Shown here: piece by piece, positions 18,901 through 29,564 of the stretch
How positions within the stretch are numbered: position 1 is the stretch's first letter
Layout: each line of letters begins with the position of its first letter
Sequence record: OM632664.1
DNA length: 64,000 nucleotides
From: Escherichia phage BEU5
Direction: 5' to 3' (one strand)
Translations under genes and position numbers: made by a program
The notes under the pieces: generated by a model
Told to the model about the DNA's origin: nothing
Database searches by the model: none
What the model saw: only the letters and a program-made list of their open reading frames with translations

Positions 18901-21900
18901 TGGTATTAAACTCAACCATCATATCAATGGCTGGTTTCAGATTACCTTCCAGTAATTTAGTCAACTCGTCAGACATAACCTCACGAGTCATAGTATGGAC
19001 TTTAATGTCCAATGCCTGAGCCAGACCTAACTGGAATGCAGAGAAGTCTTCATTGTTCTGGTTCGATAAATCCAAAGTAGCTTTAGTAGGTAGGATAGCC
19101 TCACGAACCAGTTTGGCTGATTGAGGATTGTATTTACCTAACATCTGCATACGACCAACACGGGTCATATTATATGCATAGTGAATAGGCACAGTAGAGA
19201 TGTCTTCACTCTGTGCTCTTACCTGCTCAATGACGGAAAACAGTTGGTTGTAAGAGTCCTCTACTGAACGGTTCTTACCTTCCAGAGATTTAGCATGATT
19301 ATCATTAAGTAACTCTTTATTCAGAGTACCAGCACCCATCAGTTCGAGAATACGGTCTTTACCTAACGTCTCGTAGAATTGAACCATTGGAGTGTGTACA
19401 TAGAACTCTGTAGCCTGCTCTGCTTTCAATGCAGCCTTCTGTTCTGGAGTATTACGAACAGCAGGATTACGAAGCTGAGTATTAGCTACAGGAGGAATAT
19501 CATCACCAAAGAACATCTTCTCTGTAGGATTCACTAAAACAGCTTCTTCAATAGCAGTAGGGAAGCTATTAATTGGGTCGAAGGAATCCAGTTCAGTAAT
19601 GGTGTACAGACCAATAGTCTTCTTATTATCTGGGTCAATTTCTGACATATCCACGATGTTCTCTACAACATCAGTAGACTCTACAAATGCAGCCAGAATT
19701 TCCGCAGCCATTGCTGTAGGGATACCTTTGGTATAGCCCAATGGAGCATTTGGATTACGAGATAATCCCCAGTAAGACTCAATTTTCTGAGCCAGGGAAC
19801 TAACTGCTTCAGTGAGTGTCATACCAGTATCAAATTGCTCTACTAAACCTTCTGGCAGCAGAGCTTGGTCAATACCAGTAATAGCAGCAACATCTTTTGC
19901 ATCTTTGATAGCAGTATTGCTGGTAGCAGTAAGTCTCCACTGAAGACCTGCTAATACAGCAGTCTGTAGCAATTGCTCATTGTACTTAAAGGTATCCCCA
20001 TCCTGTTCAACGATGTTAAGTAACTTACCGCCTACCCAACGGTTGGCTTCTGTACCCTGAGCAAAACGTTTACCAACATCCTTAGTGTTAAGGAACTTAG
20101 CCAGACGGGAACGAAGAATATCAGCAATACCTTCCCCATGTTCCATGAGTTCTTTGTATCGCTTAATAACTTCCCCATTAAAAGCAGGATTAGCAACTTC
20201 TTTCTCAGTAAAGAGTTCATAACGAGCACGGGAAGACAGAGCTTGAGCTACATCTTTTAGAGGTGCTTCTGAACCAACAGTACGGGATTTCTGTTCTTCC
20301 GGTAAGGTAAAGGACAATTTGAAATAGTTCTTAATACCCTCTGCTTTAGAATCAGCAGTACCTACCAATGAGGGGTAAACAGCATCGATACCTTCTCTTA
20401 ATTCTTCTGTAACTGTGCTTTCTTTTGCAGAAGTTTCAGTTTCTTTAACAGATTCAGTAGGTTGCTTGATGGTGTCCTCATTAGTAAGGTTAACATCCTG
20501 TTTTTCAGACTGGTTCACAGGTTCTTTTATAGCCTGTGGGCTAGACTCTTTAGTAGTAGGTTCTGTTTTAACAGATTCACTAACAGGAGTCTTAGTCTGT
20601 ACAGTAGATGTAACTGGTTCCTGTTTTGTAACAGGAGTTTCTTTAACCTGATTCACGGAGTCAGCTTTCGGTTGAGAAGAAGCAACGTCTCGATTGCCTT
20701 GACGGAATGCCTTGACCACCTCAGCAGCAGGAGCGTTAAGACGTGAATCCAATGGAGTAACTTTTATATGACTGACCTTCAGTTCCGGGTAAGCCGAAGC
20801 GAGGGCATTAGCAATATCCGCTACCGTTTTCGCTTCAAGAGCAACTTGCTGGGCAAATTTAACCGACTTAGTGTCATAGGGATTGACCCCCAATCCGGTA
20901 CGGCTACGAACCCATTCTCTGTCAGCAGTAAGAGCTTGGTAGTGGACAGACTTATTCTTATCCGCATCCCCCGTAACAAGATGCTCATTCAACGCTCCAA
21001 CCTTATTCTGCATGTGCTGGGCGAACTGCATAAAGTCGTTCAGGTAAGCGGAGGCCAACTCGAAATTACCAGAGTTATACGCAGACCGAATCCTATTCGC
21101 ATGTTGCAACGCAGAGTATTGTCCTTCCTGAGTTCTGCTCTCATCCGTTTTAATCTGTTTACTCACAATGTCTTGAGGACGTAATCCAAGACGGGCAGCT
21201 TCTGCATCATATTCCCGTGCCCCCTTCAGGATTGCAGCAGCATTCTGAAGGGCAGCAATTTGGCGATTATTCAGTTTAATACGACCATCAGCAGCATGTT
21301 TAAGAACAACATTTACAGATTCTGGATTGAGCTTTTCAGGAGCTACTTCAGCAGCTAATGCTACGTTCTGCATTTCCTGTGGACTGGATTCTTCAGTCAC
21401 ATCCAAAGAACCATTCTGGGCAGATTCATTAATCATTCGATTAATAACATTCAGTGCACCAATTACTTTTGGTGTGTTCTGAATATTAGCTGTCAGATTT
21501 GTATAACGATTGAGTAACTCAATAGCCGGAGAATCTTTAGGAATGCTATCCAGTGCAGCAGGGTCACGGTTAATGAATTGCTCAAACTCTGAAACAGCAT
21601 CATACATATAAGATGCAGCTTCCATCAGTGCTTGAGGATTAGATTCATCTAATGTGTTAACTAGGTCTGCTAACTTTTGAATAACCTGTACTTGGTCAGT
21701 AGAACCAGCTACAGCATTACGAATATGCTCTGGTGCTTCCTGATAATTTTCAGGATTAAAACGAGTAGCATTCATTAAGTCAGAAACATACTGGTGTGCT
21801 GCAACTTTCTGTTCCGGAGTAGCATCAGTTGCTTCAACAGCATCACGAATAGTAACTTCTGCTTCTGGTGCTTGAGCCATAGCTTCTTGTGCTGCCTGTG

Positions 21901-23413
21901 CAACATAGTCATCAGCAACAGGAGATGCTTCTTCATTCTGCTTCATAACCCGCTCACCACGAGCTACCAAAGTGTTCTTAATAGGGGAAACAACCTTACC
22001 TGCTACACTACCAGCAGCTTTAACACCAGCCATTGTGGTACGCAATACAGGAGCAGTTGCAGCACCTGCTAAACGAGCAGCACCAGCCGGAGCCTGTACA
22101 ACACCAGCAGAACCAAAGCCATAAAGAGCACCTAAACCAGCTTGTGTACCGACACCTTTAAGCAAGTCTTGGTTCTTATCAATGTTTTGTTGCTGTGCAA
22201 TATTCTGAGCCAGTTGGCCTGTAGCACCCTGAACACCTTCTTCCACTGTTTCACGGGCAAGGTTCATACCTACAGCACCTAAAGAACCAGCACGGAAAGG
22301 AGCCATCTCAAAACGAGATACCAGAGGACCAGTTGCAGCAGCAATAGGTAATTGAATAGCAGCAGCAGTAAGACCAGTTTCAGATGCAGTCTGACGACGA
22401 GCCTGTTCTGGAGACATACCATCTTTAATATGTTGCTGATAAACAGGAGACTTCTCTAAGTCTTTAAGACTCATCTTCATAATTTCATCAGCAGTTTGTT
22501 GGTATGCACCACCAGCTTCCATTACACCAACACCAACCATACCTGGTGCAGCTCTGCCTACAGTAGAAGCAATACGAGCCAGGGACTGAGTACCAGTACC
22601 TGCATCAATAGCACCAGCCAATGCAGCACTACGAAGAGTATTTGCTGGAACAACTGCTTTACCCAGTAAAGATGCACCCTTTAATACAGGACCAGCACCT
22701 AATAGAGAACCTACCCCTTCTGCTAACCCATCAGAAATAATAGAGTCAGTTTGAGCAGCATTCTCAATTGAACCTACAAAATCACGTCCAAATTTAGATA
22801 AGGAAGCTACTATGTCATTAGTGCCTTCTTTCTTATCTGTTTGATACTGACGTTCACTCTCTACCTCACTCATTAAGTTACGAGCAGCGAAGAGCTTACG
22901 TTTATCTTGTAATGCTTGGCTTTGGGTAGCATGGACAGCATCATTAAACTTACTCAATTGTTGAGCAACAACAGCACCTGCGTCATCGTTGAGTAAGCCT
23001 GCCCCAAGAGCACCAATGCCCCCAAGGGTATTAACAAAACCAAGACCAACACCAGTAGCAATATCCCCCAGTTCTTCCCCAGGAGTTCTTGTAGTAACTG
23101 AATCATTGAATACCTGGTTCCCTGCATCAGCACGAGCGTTGATAAGTTGTAAGCCTTGCTCAACCCCATACTTATTCATGATTTGCATTGGAGTCAGATT
23201 CATGAAATCTGATTGCACTGTCCCTGGTTCAAATGCATTAGCCCCAACATTACCAGTACGGGCAGCTTGCATTTGATAAGCAGCATCAGGAGAAACAAGA
23301 GGAGTAGTGACACCTTGTTCAGCTTTCTTCTGGGCGGTTGCAGTAGAGACGTCAACTTGCTTTGCATTGGTTACGCTGTCTGCGAACCCAGCCAGTCTAT
23401 CAAATACTGACAT
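12911..23413 (-). CDS. virion-encapsidated RNA polymerase (N4 vRNAP/gp50-like), ~3,500 aa
   Basis: Single giant ORF (track 3,506 aa from TTG at 23431); ATG at 23413 with AGGAA RBS gives ~3,500 aa, the diagnostic size of the N4 vRNAP, which sits at the same boundary between middle and late genes. Confidence 0.8.
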   Translation of the reverse strand: MSVFDRLAGFADSVTNAKQVDVSTATAQKKAEQGVTTPLVSPDAAYQMQAARTGNVGANAFEPGTVQSDFMNLTPMQIMNKYGVEQGLQLINARADAGNQVFNDSVTTRTPGEELGDIATGVGLGFVNTLGGIGALGAGLLNDDAGAVVAQQLSKFNDAVHATQSQALQDKRKLFAARNLMSEVESERQYQTDKKEGTNDIVASLSKFGRDFVGSIENAAQTDSIISDGLAEGVGSLLGAGPVLKGASLLGKAVVPANTLRSAALAGAIDAGTGTQSLARIASTVGRAAPGMVGVGVMEAGGAYQQTADEIMKMSLKDLEKSPVYQQHIKDGMSPEQARRQTASETGLTAAAIQLPIAAATGPLVSRFEMAPFRAGSLGAVGMNLARETVEEGVQGATGQLAQNIAQQQNIDKNQDLLKGVGTQAGLGALYGFGSAGVVQAPAGAARLAGAATAPVLRTTMAGVKAAGSVAGKVVSPIKNTLVARGERVMKQNEEASPVADDYVAQAAQEAMAQAPEAEVTIRDAVEATDATPEQKVAAHQYVSDLMNATRFNPENYQEAPEHIRNAVAGSTDQVQVIQKLADLVNTLDESNPQALMEAASYMYDAVSEFEQFINRDPAALDSIPKDSPAIELLNRYTNLTANIQNTPKVIGALNVINRMINESAQNGSLDVTEESSPQEMQNVALAAEVAPEKLNPESVNVVLKHAADGRIKLNNRQIAALQNAAAILKGAREYDAEAARLGLRPQDIVSKQIKTDESRTQEGQYSALQHANRIRSAYNSGNFELASAYLNDFMQFAQHMQNKVGALNEHLVTGDADKNKSVHYQALTADREWVRSRTGLGVNPYDTKSVKFAQQVALEAKTVADIANALASAYPELKVSHIKVTPLDSRLNAPAAEVVKAFRQGNRDVASSQPKADSVNQVKETPVTKQEPVTSTVQTKTPVSESVKTEPTTKESSPQAIKEPVNQSEKQDVNLTNEDTIKQPTESVKETETSAKESTVTEELREGIDAVYPSLVGTADSKAEGIKNYFKLSFTLPEEQKSRTVGSEAPLKDVAQALSSRARYELFTEKEVANPAFNGEVIKRYKELMEHGEGIADILRSRLAKFLNTKDVGKRFAQGTEANRWVGGKLLNIVEQDGDTFKYNEQLLQTAVLAGLQWRLTATSNTAIKDAKDVAAITGIDQALLPEGLVEQFDTGMTLTEAVSSLAQKIESYWGLSRNPNAPLGYTKGIPTAMAAEILAAFVESTDVVENIVDMSEIDPDNKKTIGLYTITELDSFDPINSFPTAIEEAVLVNPTEKMFFGDDIPPVANTQLRNPAVRNTPEQKAALKAEQATEFYVHTPMVQFYETLGKDRILELMGAGTLNKELLNDNHAKSLEGKNRSVEDSYNQLFSVIEQVRAQSEDISTVPIHYAYNMTRVGRMQMLGKYNPQSAKLVREAILPTKATLDLSNQNNEDFSAFQLGLAQALDIKVHTMTREVMSDELTKLLEGNLKPAIDMMVEFNTTGSLPENAVGVLNTALGDRKSFVALMALMEYSRYLVAEDKSAFVTPLYVEADGVTNGPINAMMLMTGGLFTPDWIRNIAKGGLFIGSPNKTMNEHRSTADNNDLYQASTNALMESLGKLRSNYASNMPIQSQIDSLLSLMDLFLPDINLGENGALELKRGIAKNPLTITIYGSGARGIAGKLVSSVTDAIYERMSDVLKARAKDPNISAAMAMFGKQAASEAHAEELLARFLKDMETLTSTVPVKRKGVLELQSTGAGAKGKINPKTYTIKGEQLKALQENMLHFFVEPLRNGITQTVGESLVYSTEQLQKATQIQSVVLEDMFKQRVQEKLTEKAKDPTWKKGDFLTQKELNDIQASLNNLAPMIETGSQTFYIAGSENAEVANQVLATNLDDRMRVPMSIYAPAQAGVAGIPFMTIGTGDGMMMQTLSTMKGAPKNTLKIFDGMNIGLNDITDASRKANEAVYTSWQGNPIKNVYESYAKFMKNVDFSKLSPEALEAIGKSALEYDQRENATVDDIANAASLIERNLRNIALGVDIRHKVLDKVNLSIDQMAAVGAPYQNNGKIDLSNMTPEQQADELNKLFREELEARKQKVAKAKAEVKEETVSEKEPVNPDFGMVGREHKASGVRILSATAIRNLAKISNLPSTQAATLAEIQKSLAAKDYKIIYGTPTQVAEYARQKNVTELTSQEMEEAQAGNIYGWTNFDDKTIYLVSPSMETLIHELVHASTFEEVYSFYQGNEVSPTSKQAIENLEGLMEQFRSLDISKDSPEMREAYADAIATIEGHLSNGFVDPAISKAAALNEFMAWGLANRALAAKQKRTSSLVQMVKDVYQAIKKLIWGRKQAPALGEDMFSNLLFNSAILMRSQPTTQAVAKDGTLFHSKAYGNNERLSQLNQTFDKLVTDYLRTDPVTEVERRGNVANALMSATRLVRDVQSRGFNMTAQEQSVFQMVTAALATEAAIDPHAMARAQELYTHVMKHLTVEHFMADPDSTNPADRYYAQQKYDTISGANLVEVDAKGRTSLLPTFLGLAMVNEELRSIIKEMPVPKADKKLGNDVDTLLTNAGTQVMESLNRRMAGDQKATNVQDSIDALSETIMAAALKRESFYDAVATPTGNFIDRANQYVTDSIERLSETVIEKADKVIANPSNVAAKGVAHLAKLTAAIASEKQGEIVAQGIMTAMNQGKVWQPFHDLVNDIVGRTKTNANVYDLIKLVKSQISQDRQQFREHLPTVIAGKFSRKLTDTEWSAMHTGLGKTDLAVLRETMSMAEIRDLLSSFKKVKDEISTLEKEIQNQAGRNWNLVQKKSKQLAQYMITGEVGNNLLRNAHAISRLLGERITNGPVADVAAIDKLITLYSLELMNKSDRDLLSELAQSEVEGMEFSIAYMVGQRTEEMRKAKGDNRTLLNHFKGYIPVENQQGVNLIIADDKEFAKLNSQSFTRIGTYQGSTGFRTGSKGYYFSPVAARAPYSQGILQNVRNTAGGVDIGTGFTLGTMVAGRITDKPTVERITKALAKGERGREPLMPIYNSKGQVVAYEQSVDPNMLKHLNQDNHFAKMVGVWRGRQVEEAKAQRFNDILIEQLHAMYEKDIKDSNANKSQYVNLLGKIDDPVLADAINLMNIETRRKAEELFGKDELWVRRDMLNDALGYRAASIGDVWTGNSRWSSSTLDTVKKMFLGAFGNKAYHVVMNAENTIQNLVKDAKTVIVVKSVVVPAVNFLANIYQMIGRGVPVKDIAVNIPRKTSEINQYIKSRLRQIDAEAELRAAEGNPNLVRKLKTEIQSITDSHRRMSIWPLIEAGEFSSIADAGISRDDLLVAEGKIHEYMEKLANKLPEKVRNAGRYALIAKDTALFQGIQKTVEYSDFIAKAIIYDDLVKRKKKSSSEALGQVTEEFVNYDRLPGRFRGYMESMGLMWFYNFKIRSIKVAMSMIRNNPVHSLIATVVPAPAMFGNVGLPIQDNMLTMLAEGRLDYSLGFGQGLRAPTLNPWFNLTH

Positions 23414-23475
23414 AGTAGGTTTCCTATACAAACTTATATCTATTAGAAATCACACTATACCTAGTGTAAGGACGA

Positions 23476-23497
23476 GAAAAAAGCCCCGAAGGGCTTT
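23476..23497 (-). terminator. rho-independent terminator upstream of vRNAP
   Basis: Stem AGCCC/GGGCT with loop CGAA; A-run on plus strand gives T-run on the minus strand. Confidence 0.6.
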
Positions 23498-23513
23498 TGT
23501 ATTATGGTAGAAA

Positions 23514-25448
23514 TTAACGAGGAAATATATCAGGGATACCCAATCGACGTCCGGCATCTCTGCCTAAACTTCTCCGGTTTGCCTCGCTCTCTTCCTGTTT
23601 AATATTTTGTAGGCTCTTAATATCCAAATTCTGAGGGTCAGCAGCTACAGCACTACGAGCACCATCAAGAAGACGTTTAGCAGTATTAACTCGCTCCTGA
23701 TAGCGAGGTAGTACACTTCTAAGGTTTTCCTGACCGGTCTGAATACGACGCTGTACTTCACGTAAATCAGCAAGTGCAGTATCTAACGTATTCTGTGCTG
23801 CATAGATGTTTGATTGAATTTGTGCAGTAAGCTGATTACGAGCATTCTGTTCAATAGCAGTACCAGTAGTTGCAAGTTTTGCATTTGCTTCTACGGCTGC
23901 TTTATCCAGTTGGTAATCACCACCCAAATCAATAACATCAGTATCAAAGGCATTTCGAATACCACTAAACCATCCCTCTGGTTTACCAGTGATACTGCGT
24001 TGAATGATTGCTCCTGCCATAGCGGGAGAAATAGCATTCTGTTTTGCTACCTCATTGATTTGTCGAACCAGTGCACCTTGGTTAATGCCTTTCAGTTCAT
24101 TGTTATCAATAATACGTTTAGCCACCTGACCAGTCGTAGAAGGGTCAACAGTAGCAGCTTGGTATTCAGGCAGCAGAGTATTACCAATATTCTGCATATT
24201 ACGAGTACCAACAGTATTACCAGCAACAGAAGTGAATGCTTGTTCCTGTAATGGATTAATAGAATTACCTGTTTCTGCTTGAGCAATGTAATCCTTCATT
24301 TCATCCCATGACAGGTTCTTATAAGCACCCGGAGTATCATCTGGTAAAGCAGCCCATGTACTCTTCAGATTGCCATTCTTACGAGCATTAAAAATAGCTT
24401 CACCCAGTTTGTCTTGGTTCTCCGGAGACATAGGGATGTTCTGCCAATCTTCACCAAATACCTTTGGAGCAAAGTCTTTAAGGGTATCTTGGTTAATCTG
24501 GTATGCACCAACAGGAGAAGCACCTAGTGTCTTCTTCATAGTGTCTTGATGCTGAACCACCTGACCTAAGTTCATCTGAGTAATAGGTACATCAGTTGGT
24601 GTGAACTTATAGGTAGTGTCATATGCAGAACCATTCCGAGTACCCTGAGTACCAGGAGGAGATAGAGATGCAGAACCAGTTCCCGGAGTATATGCACCTG
24701 GGTATGCTCTATCTAACTGAGATAGTGCACGACTTACTGCTCCTGGTGACATTTGGTCGAACGTACCCTCTGCAAGCATACGAGCATCGTCAGCACTGTA
24801 TGCACCACGACGAATATTATTCAGTAACTGCATAGCAGCCTGAGTATCCGCATCGTTACGCATATCAACACCTAAGTTGAATAAGCTGCGACGTTGACCA
24901 ATACCAGCAGTACCCTGTCCTTGAAGGTTGTTCATGTAGTCCATAACAACACCAGCAGGAAGGGTTTTTAATACGTCTCCATACTGAGCCTGTGCTGCCT
25001 GAACCTTTCTTGGGTCACCAGATTGATAAGCCAGAGCCAATTCCTGCAATGCAGGAGCAGCAGCATCAGTAGCTGCATTTACCTTCATGGTTCTGTCATT
25101 ACTGTATCGAGTGAAATCCAGATTTTGTTGTTTAGATGCTTGGTCTAACAGATTGCCAGCACGATTATCTAAGTTCTCCATAGTACGAGAAGAAATTAGA
25201 GAAGGGTCATAGCCAGCAAATAATGCTCCAGAAGCTAAGGCATTACGATACTCATTAGGGTCTTGGTAACGCATGGCTTCAGCCATAATTGCATCACCAG
25301 CTTGCTGTCTTGCAGAGTCTCGAAAATCACCTAATGCATTACTCAATCCGGCAGTGGCATTACCCAGCATATTGGAGAAAGTACGAATACTATCCCCAAC
25401 ACCAGAGAAAGAAGGAGCATCAACATTACGCCATGTAATTTGAGCCAT
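23514..25448 (-). CDS. virion structural protein (N4 gp51 position)
   Basis: 644-aa ORF in the late block next to vRNAP. Confidence 0.5.
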   Translation of the reverse strand: MAQITWRNVDAPSFSGVGDSIRTFSNMLGNATAGLSNALGDFRDSARQQAGDAIMAEAMRYQDPNEYRNALASGALFAGYDPSLISSRTMENLDNRAGNLLDQASKQQNLDFTRYSNDRTMKVNAATDAAAPALQELALAYQSGDPRKVQAAQAQYGDVLKTLPAGVVMDYMNNLQGQGTAGIGQRRSLFNLGVDMRNDADTQAAMQLLNNIRRGAYSADDARMLAEGTFDQMSPGAVSRALSQLDRAYPGAYTPGTGSASLSPPGTQGTRNGSAYDTTYKFTPTDVPITQMNLGQVVQHQDTMKKTLGASPVGAYQINQDTLKDFAPKVFGEDWQNIPMSPENQDKLGEAIFNARKNGNLKSTWAALPDDTPGAYKNLSWDEMKDYIAQAETGNSINPLQEQAFTSVAGNTVGTRNMQNIGNTLLPEYQAATVDPSTTGQVAKRIIDNNELKGINQGALVRQINEVAKQNAISPAMAGAIIQRSITGKPEGWFSGIRNAFDTDVIDLGGDYQLDKAAVEANAKLATTGTAIEQNARNQLTAQIQSNIYAAQNTLDTALADLREVQRRIQTGQENLRSVLPRYQERVNTAKRLLDGARSAVAADPQNLDIKSLQNIKQEESEANRRSLGRDAGRRLGIPDIFPR

Positions 25449-25458
25449 GTGATACCTC

Positions 25459-25911
25459 TTAACGAGTTAAGCGATTAGCTGCAATGTAAGCATCAGCCGT
25501 AGATTGGTCACGATTTTCTGCAACAGCACGACTACGAGCACGGTCTTCCAGAGCAGTGTTATAGGACTTAATCTGGTTATTCAGATTAGTGTTAGTAACA
25601 TCTTTAGCAAAAGAGAACTGACTCTTAGCTAACTTGTTAGCCTGTAATGCACCATAGATATTACCCAGTGCGTTAAGACCACCTAACCCCAACTGGAAGG
25701 TAGGAATGTTCAGACCCAGTTGGTCAGTAAGCCCTTGAGTCTGCCCACCGGTATTCCCTGTAGCACCACCAGTAATATTCTGAAGCCAATCATTACTAAG
25801 GATGCCGGATTGCATAGGGTTATAGTTCATGGTTGGGGTATTAAAGGAACCATACCCATAGCCAAAATTGCTTTGTGCAGATGGGGTTCCAAAAAGGAAA
25901 TTAGTATCCAT
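25459..25911 (-). CDS. virion protein, Gly/Asn-rich (N4 gp52 position)
   Basis: 150-aa ORF. Confidence 0.5.
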   Translation of the reverse strand: MDTNFLFGTPSAQSNFGYGYGSFNTPTMNYNPMQSGILSNDWLQNITGGATGNTGGQTQGLTDQLGLNIPTFQLGLGGLNALGNIYGALQANKLAKSQFSFAKDVTNTNLNNQIKSYNTALEDRARSRAVAENRDQSTADAYIAANRLTR

Positions 25912-25924
25912 AAGGATTCTCCTG

Positions 25925-28582
25925 TTACGTATCTAAATCAAGCTGCAACGTTATATCTGCAAAGTTGGTAATCATGTTGTTAGACATGTCAGCTATATCA
26001 TGACCAGTCATAAGAGTACGGTTAAGGAATGAATCCAATGGCTCAAATTGTTGGCCTACATTAGTTAGGTTCATTGGGTCAATGTAACCCATGCCCTCAG
26101 TGCCAAACATTTCCTCGTACTTTTCCTGAATGGTTTTCATCTGGTCACGGTACTCTGCCATAAGTTTCTCTGTCTTTTTGACAGTTTCCATAGCAGAAGC
26201 ATTGATGTAATCACTTATGCCATTTCCTACAGATGAAGTGAGTTTAATGATGTTATCTGCTTTCATCATTTCACCCAGCATCGTAGACATGGATGAACCA
26301 GTGGATAAAGCTGTACCAACATTCATGGCTACCATAGAGGCAATGGTAGCAACAATGATTCCAATCTTATCCCCAAGCAGACTAACAGAGACTGTTTGAA
26401 TAATGGACATCAGAATCATAGCTGCAATGGCATTAGCCACAGCCCCAACGATAATAGCAGCTAACCCTGCAAAACCTAATGCAGCACCAATAGAAGCAGC
26501 AGTACCCATTACCCCAGCACCAGCAGCAGGAGTAAAGAACACAGACACTACTACTGCAACAACAACCACTACTACTTTAAAGATGCCAGACTGATACCAT
26601 TTCTTCTTAACTTTCTTATATGAGTTAAGAACCAGATAACAACATGCAGTAGATAACTGAGTACCATTTACCAAAGACATACTACGATAAATGTTGTTAT
26701 GAAGAGGGATGATAAATCCGGACTCTTCATCATCATTTAGTGCATCTACACCAGAAATGCTTACAGATTTATTCTTGTAAACATTATTGTTATGGTTCAG
26801 GCCATAGACAGAAATCTTCCTCCATGAATTATCCCCATCCTGCCAATACATTGTTATCTTATCTAGCCTGTAGATATTAAACCCAACTTTGTCATTACCC
26901 TTTTCAGAGTACATAACGGCTTTCTGCATAAGGACTACAGTACCTTCATAAGCAAACTTGAGCTGCCCTTTCTTGGCTCCAGAGAATGCTTTTCCCGAAC
27001 CAACTGACTCTTCAATGAAGTTCCAACTAATAGTCATGTTGTAACGGTATCCACCGTTAGAACGAATATTAATGGATTTAGAAGGTATTGTTGGATATAC
27101 GGGTCTTTTAGGGGGTTTCCCTATGGGAATATCCCTATTACCACTACGAGATTTCCACCATTCCTGGTAGGCATCAAAGTCCCTGTTAGCCTGAGCAAAG
27201 CCTTCTACCAAAGCATCCATAGTTGGGTAGTTTGGGTCAGCAGGCATTGACTGATTCACTAACTGGAAGAACCTGTATATGTACTCTTTAGCTGTATTTT
27301 CAGGACTGTTAAGAGAACAACCAAATACAGCATAGATATACTGAATATCACCAATATCTTTATTCTTCTTCAGGTCATCCATAATGTCAGAAATCTTACC
27401 CCCTGTAGCCTTCTTAAAGGCTTTCTTACAAAGAGTATATGTAGAACCAGAAATCCAGTTCTTATCACTACGGATAGGGATGAATGAATAGAATCTGTTA
27501 TTGGTTGTTTTATTAATAAACAAAGCATCAAGAACAGCATTACCACTATTCTGTTTATAAATAAACAGTTGAGGCATACCACCAGCAGACAGAGTAGTAA
27601 CTACATCTGTATTCTGATAAGACCATGTATAACCTAAAGTATCTGTAGTTACTGTAGTAGTTCTGGTTTCAGTAACCCCACCACCTAAATCAATAACTTC
27701 AGTGTTTGTAGTGGAACCAGTAGATACAGTACCAGTCTGTACCTGGGTCATTGTAGTCTTACGAATAATGATTAAGCCTACTTCACTTGGTTCACGAAAT
27801 TCTTTCTCGTAAACATCTGAGAAGTTAGTCCAACTAACCTGTTCTTCTTCAGTATTGGTACTTTCCTCATCAGGTCTACCATCAGAGAATACACTCTTAA
27901 TATGAGTAACTGTCTTCAGAGTAGCTGACTTAGGGGTATGGTTCTGAGATACCTGAGTCCATTCAGAAGTAGAAGGTAAGTCATCAGCAGATGATACAGA
28001 TACAACAGGATGAACCACTGGGTCTGCAACACTAGTAGGCTGTATGTAGTAATAATTCACATACAGATACATTGCATCCTGACTGTAATTCTTTGGATAA
28101 AAGGATAACTCACTACCATCAGTAGCAGTGAGTACAATCCTGTCATCATCCATGATGTCTATTTCAAACTCTTCAGTAATACGGTCTGGATAATTCTCAT
28201 AGAGGAATTTATCAGCCCATTCCTCAAAATCACCAAATCCAATCCTACTGCTCTGAACCTGTACCTCATAACCTGCTTTTTGAGGAACTTGCCATTTAAC
28301 TACTTCAGGGTCTATCTGAGACAGTACTGACAAGTTCCCATAAGCAATACCAATTGAAGGGTCATAGTTAGTTGCAGCCCAACCAGGGAATCTACGTAAA
28401 CGAATACCAGGTCCATTTAAATAAGAGTCAGTGATGGTATCACCCATACTAAAGTCAGATTTACTGACGATGTTACCAATCACCGTAGTCTTTAAATAAT
28501 TTGGACGTTTATGTATATCCCCTGCCAAATTGTAGACAGAGGATGCTACGTAGATTTTAGTCTTACTGCTAAACAGTCCCAT
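25925..28582 (-). CDS. large virion protein with hydrophobic membrane-like segment (N4 gp53 position)
   Basis: 885 aa; long hydrophobic stretch VVVVVVAVVVSVFFTPAAGAGVMGTAASIGAALGFAGLAAIIVGAV. Confidence 0.5.
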   Translation of the reverse strand: MGLFSSKTKIYVASSVYNLAGDIHKRPNYLKTTVIGNIVSKSDFSMGDTITDSYLNGPGIRLRRFPGWAATNYDPSIGIAYGNLSVLSQIDPEVVKWQVPQKAGYEVQVQSSRIGFGDFEEWADKFLYENYPDRITEEFEIDIMDDDRIVLTATDGSELSFYPKNYSQDAMYLYVNYYYIQPTSVADPVVHPVVSVSSADDLPSTSEWTQVSQNHTPKSATLKTVTHIKSVFSDGRPDEESTNTEEEQVSWTNFSDVYEKEFREPSEVGLIIIRKTTMTQVQTGTVSTGSTTNTEVIDLGGGVTETRTTTVTTDTLGYTWSYQNTDVVTTLSAGGMPQLFIYKQNSGNAVLDALFINKTTNNRFYSFIPIRSDKNWISGSTYTLCKKAFKKATGGKISDIMDDLKKNKDIGDIQYIYAVFGCSLNSPENTAKEYIYRFFQLVNQSMPADPNYPTMDALVEGFAQANRDFDAYQEWWKSRSGNRDIPIGKPPKRPVYPTIPSKSINIRSNGGYRYNMTISWNFIEESVGSGKAFSGAKKGQLKFAYEGTVVLMQKAVMYSEKGNDKVGFNIYRLDKITMYWQDGDNSWRKISVYGLNHNNNVYKNKSVSISGVDALNDDEESGFIIPLHNNIYRSMSLVNGTQLSTACCYLVLNSYKKVKKKWYQSGIFKVVVVVVAVVVSVFFTPAAGAGVMGTAASIGAALGFAGLAAIIVGAVANAIAAMILMSIIQTVSVSLLGDKIGIIVATIASMVAMNVGTALSTGSSMSTMLGEMMKADNIIKLTSSVGNGISDYINASAMETVKKTEKLMAEYRDQMKTIQEKYEEMFGTEGMGYIDPMNLTNVGQQFEPLDSFLNRTLMTGHDIADMSNNMITNFADITLQLDLDT

Positions 28583-28585
28583 GTA

Positions 28586-29494
<909 letters not shown>

Positions 29495-29504
29495 TCATTG
29501 GTTC

Positions 29505-29544
29505 ATTAAAAGAAAACGGCTCACGGTTTTACCCAGTGAGCCGT
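29505..29544 (-). terminator. intra-operon hairpin terminator/attenuator
   Basis: 9-bp stem ACGGCTCAC/GTGAGCCGT; T-run on the minus strand. Confidence 0.5.
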
Positions 29545-29564
29545 GCTGACTTACAGATTAACTC

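Noticed and set aside
13000-23400. Many plus-strand ORFs of 60-140 aa inside the vRNAP gene (for example 16538-16924, 20768-21184).
   Set aside because: Antisense to a single continuous 10.5-kb coding frame; low-complexity Ser/Cys/Phe-rich translations; no RBS context.
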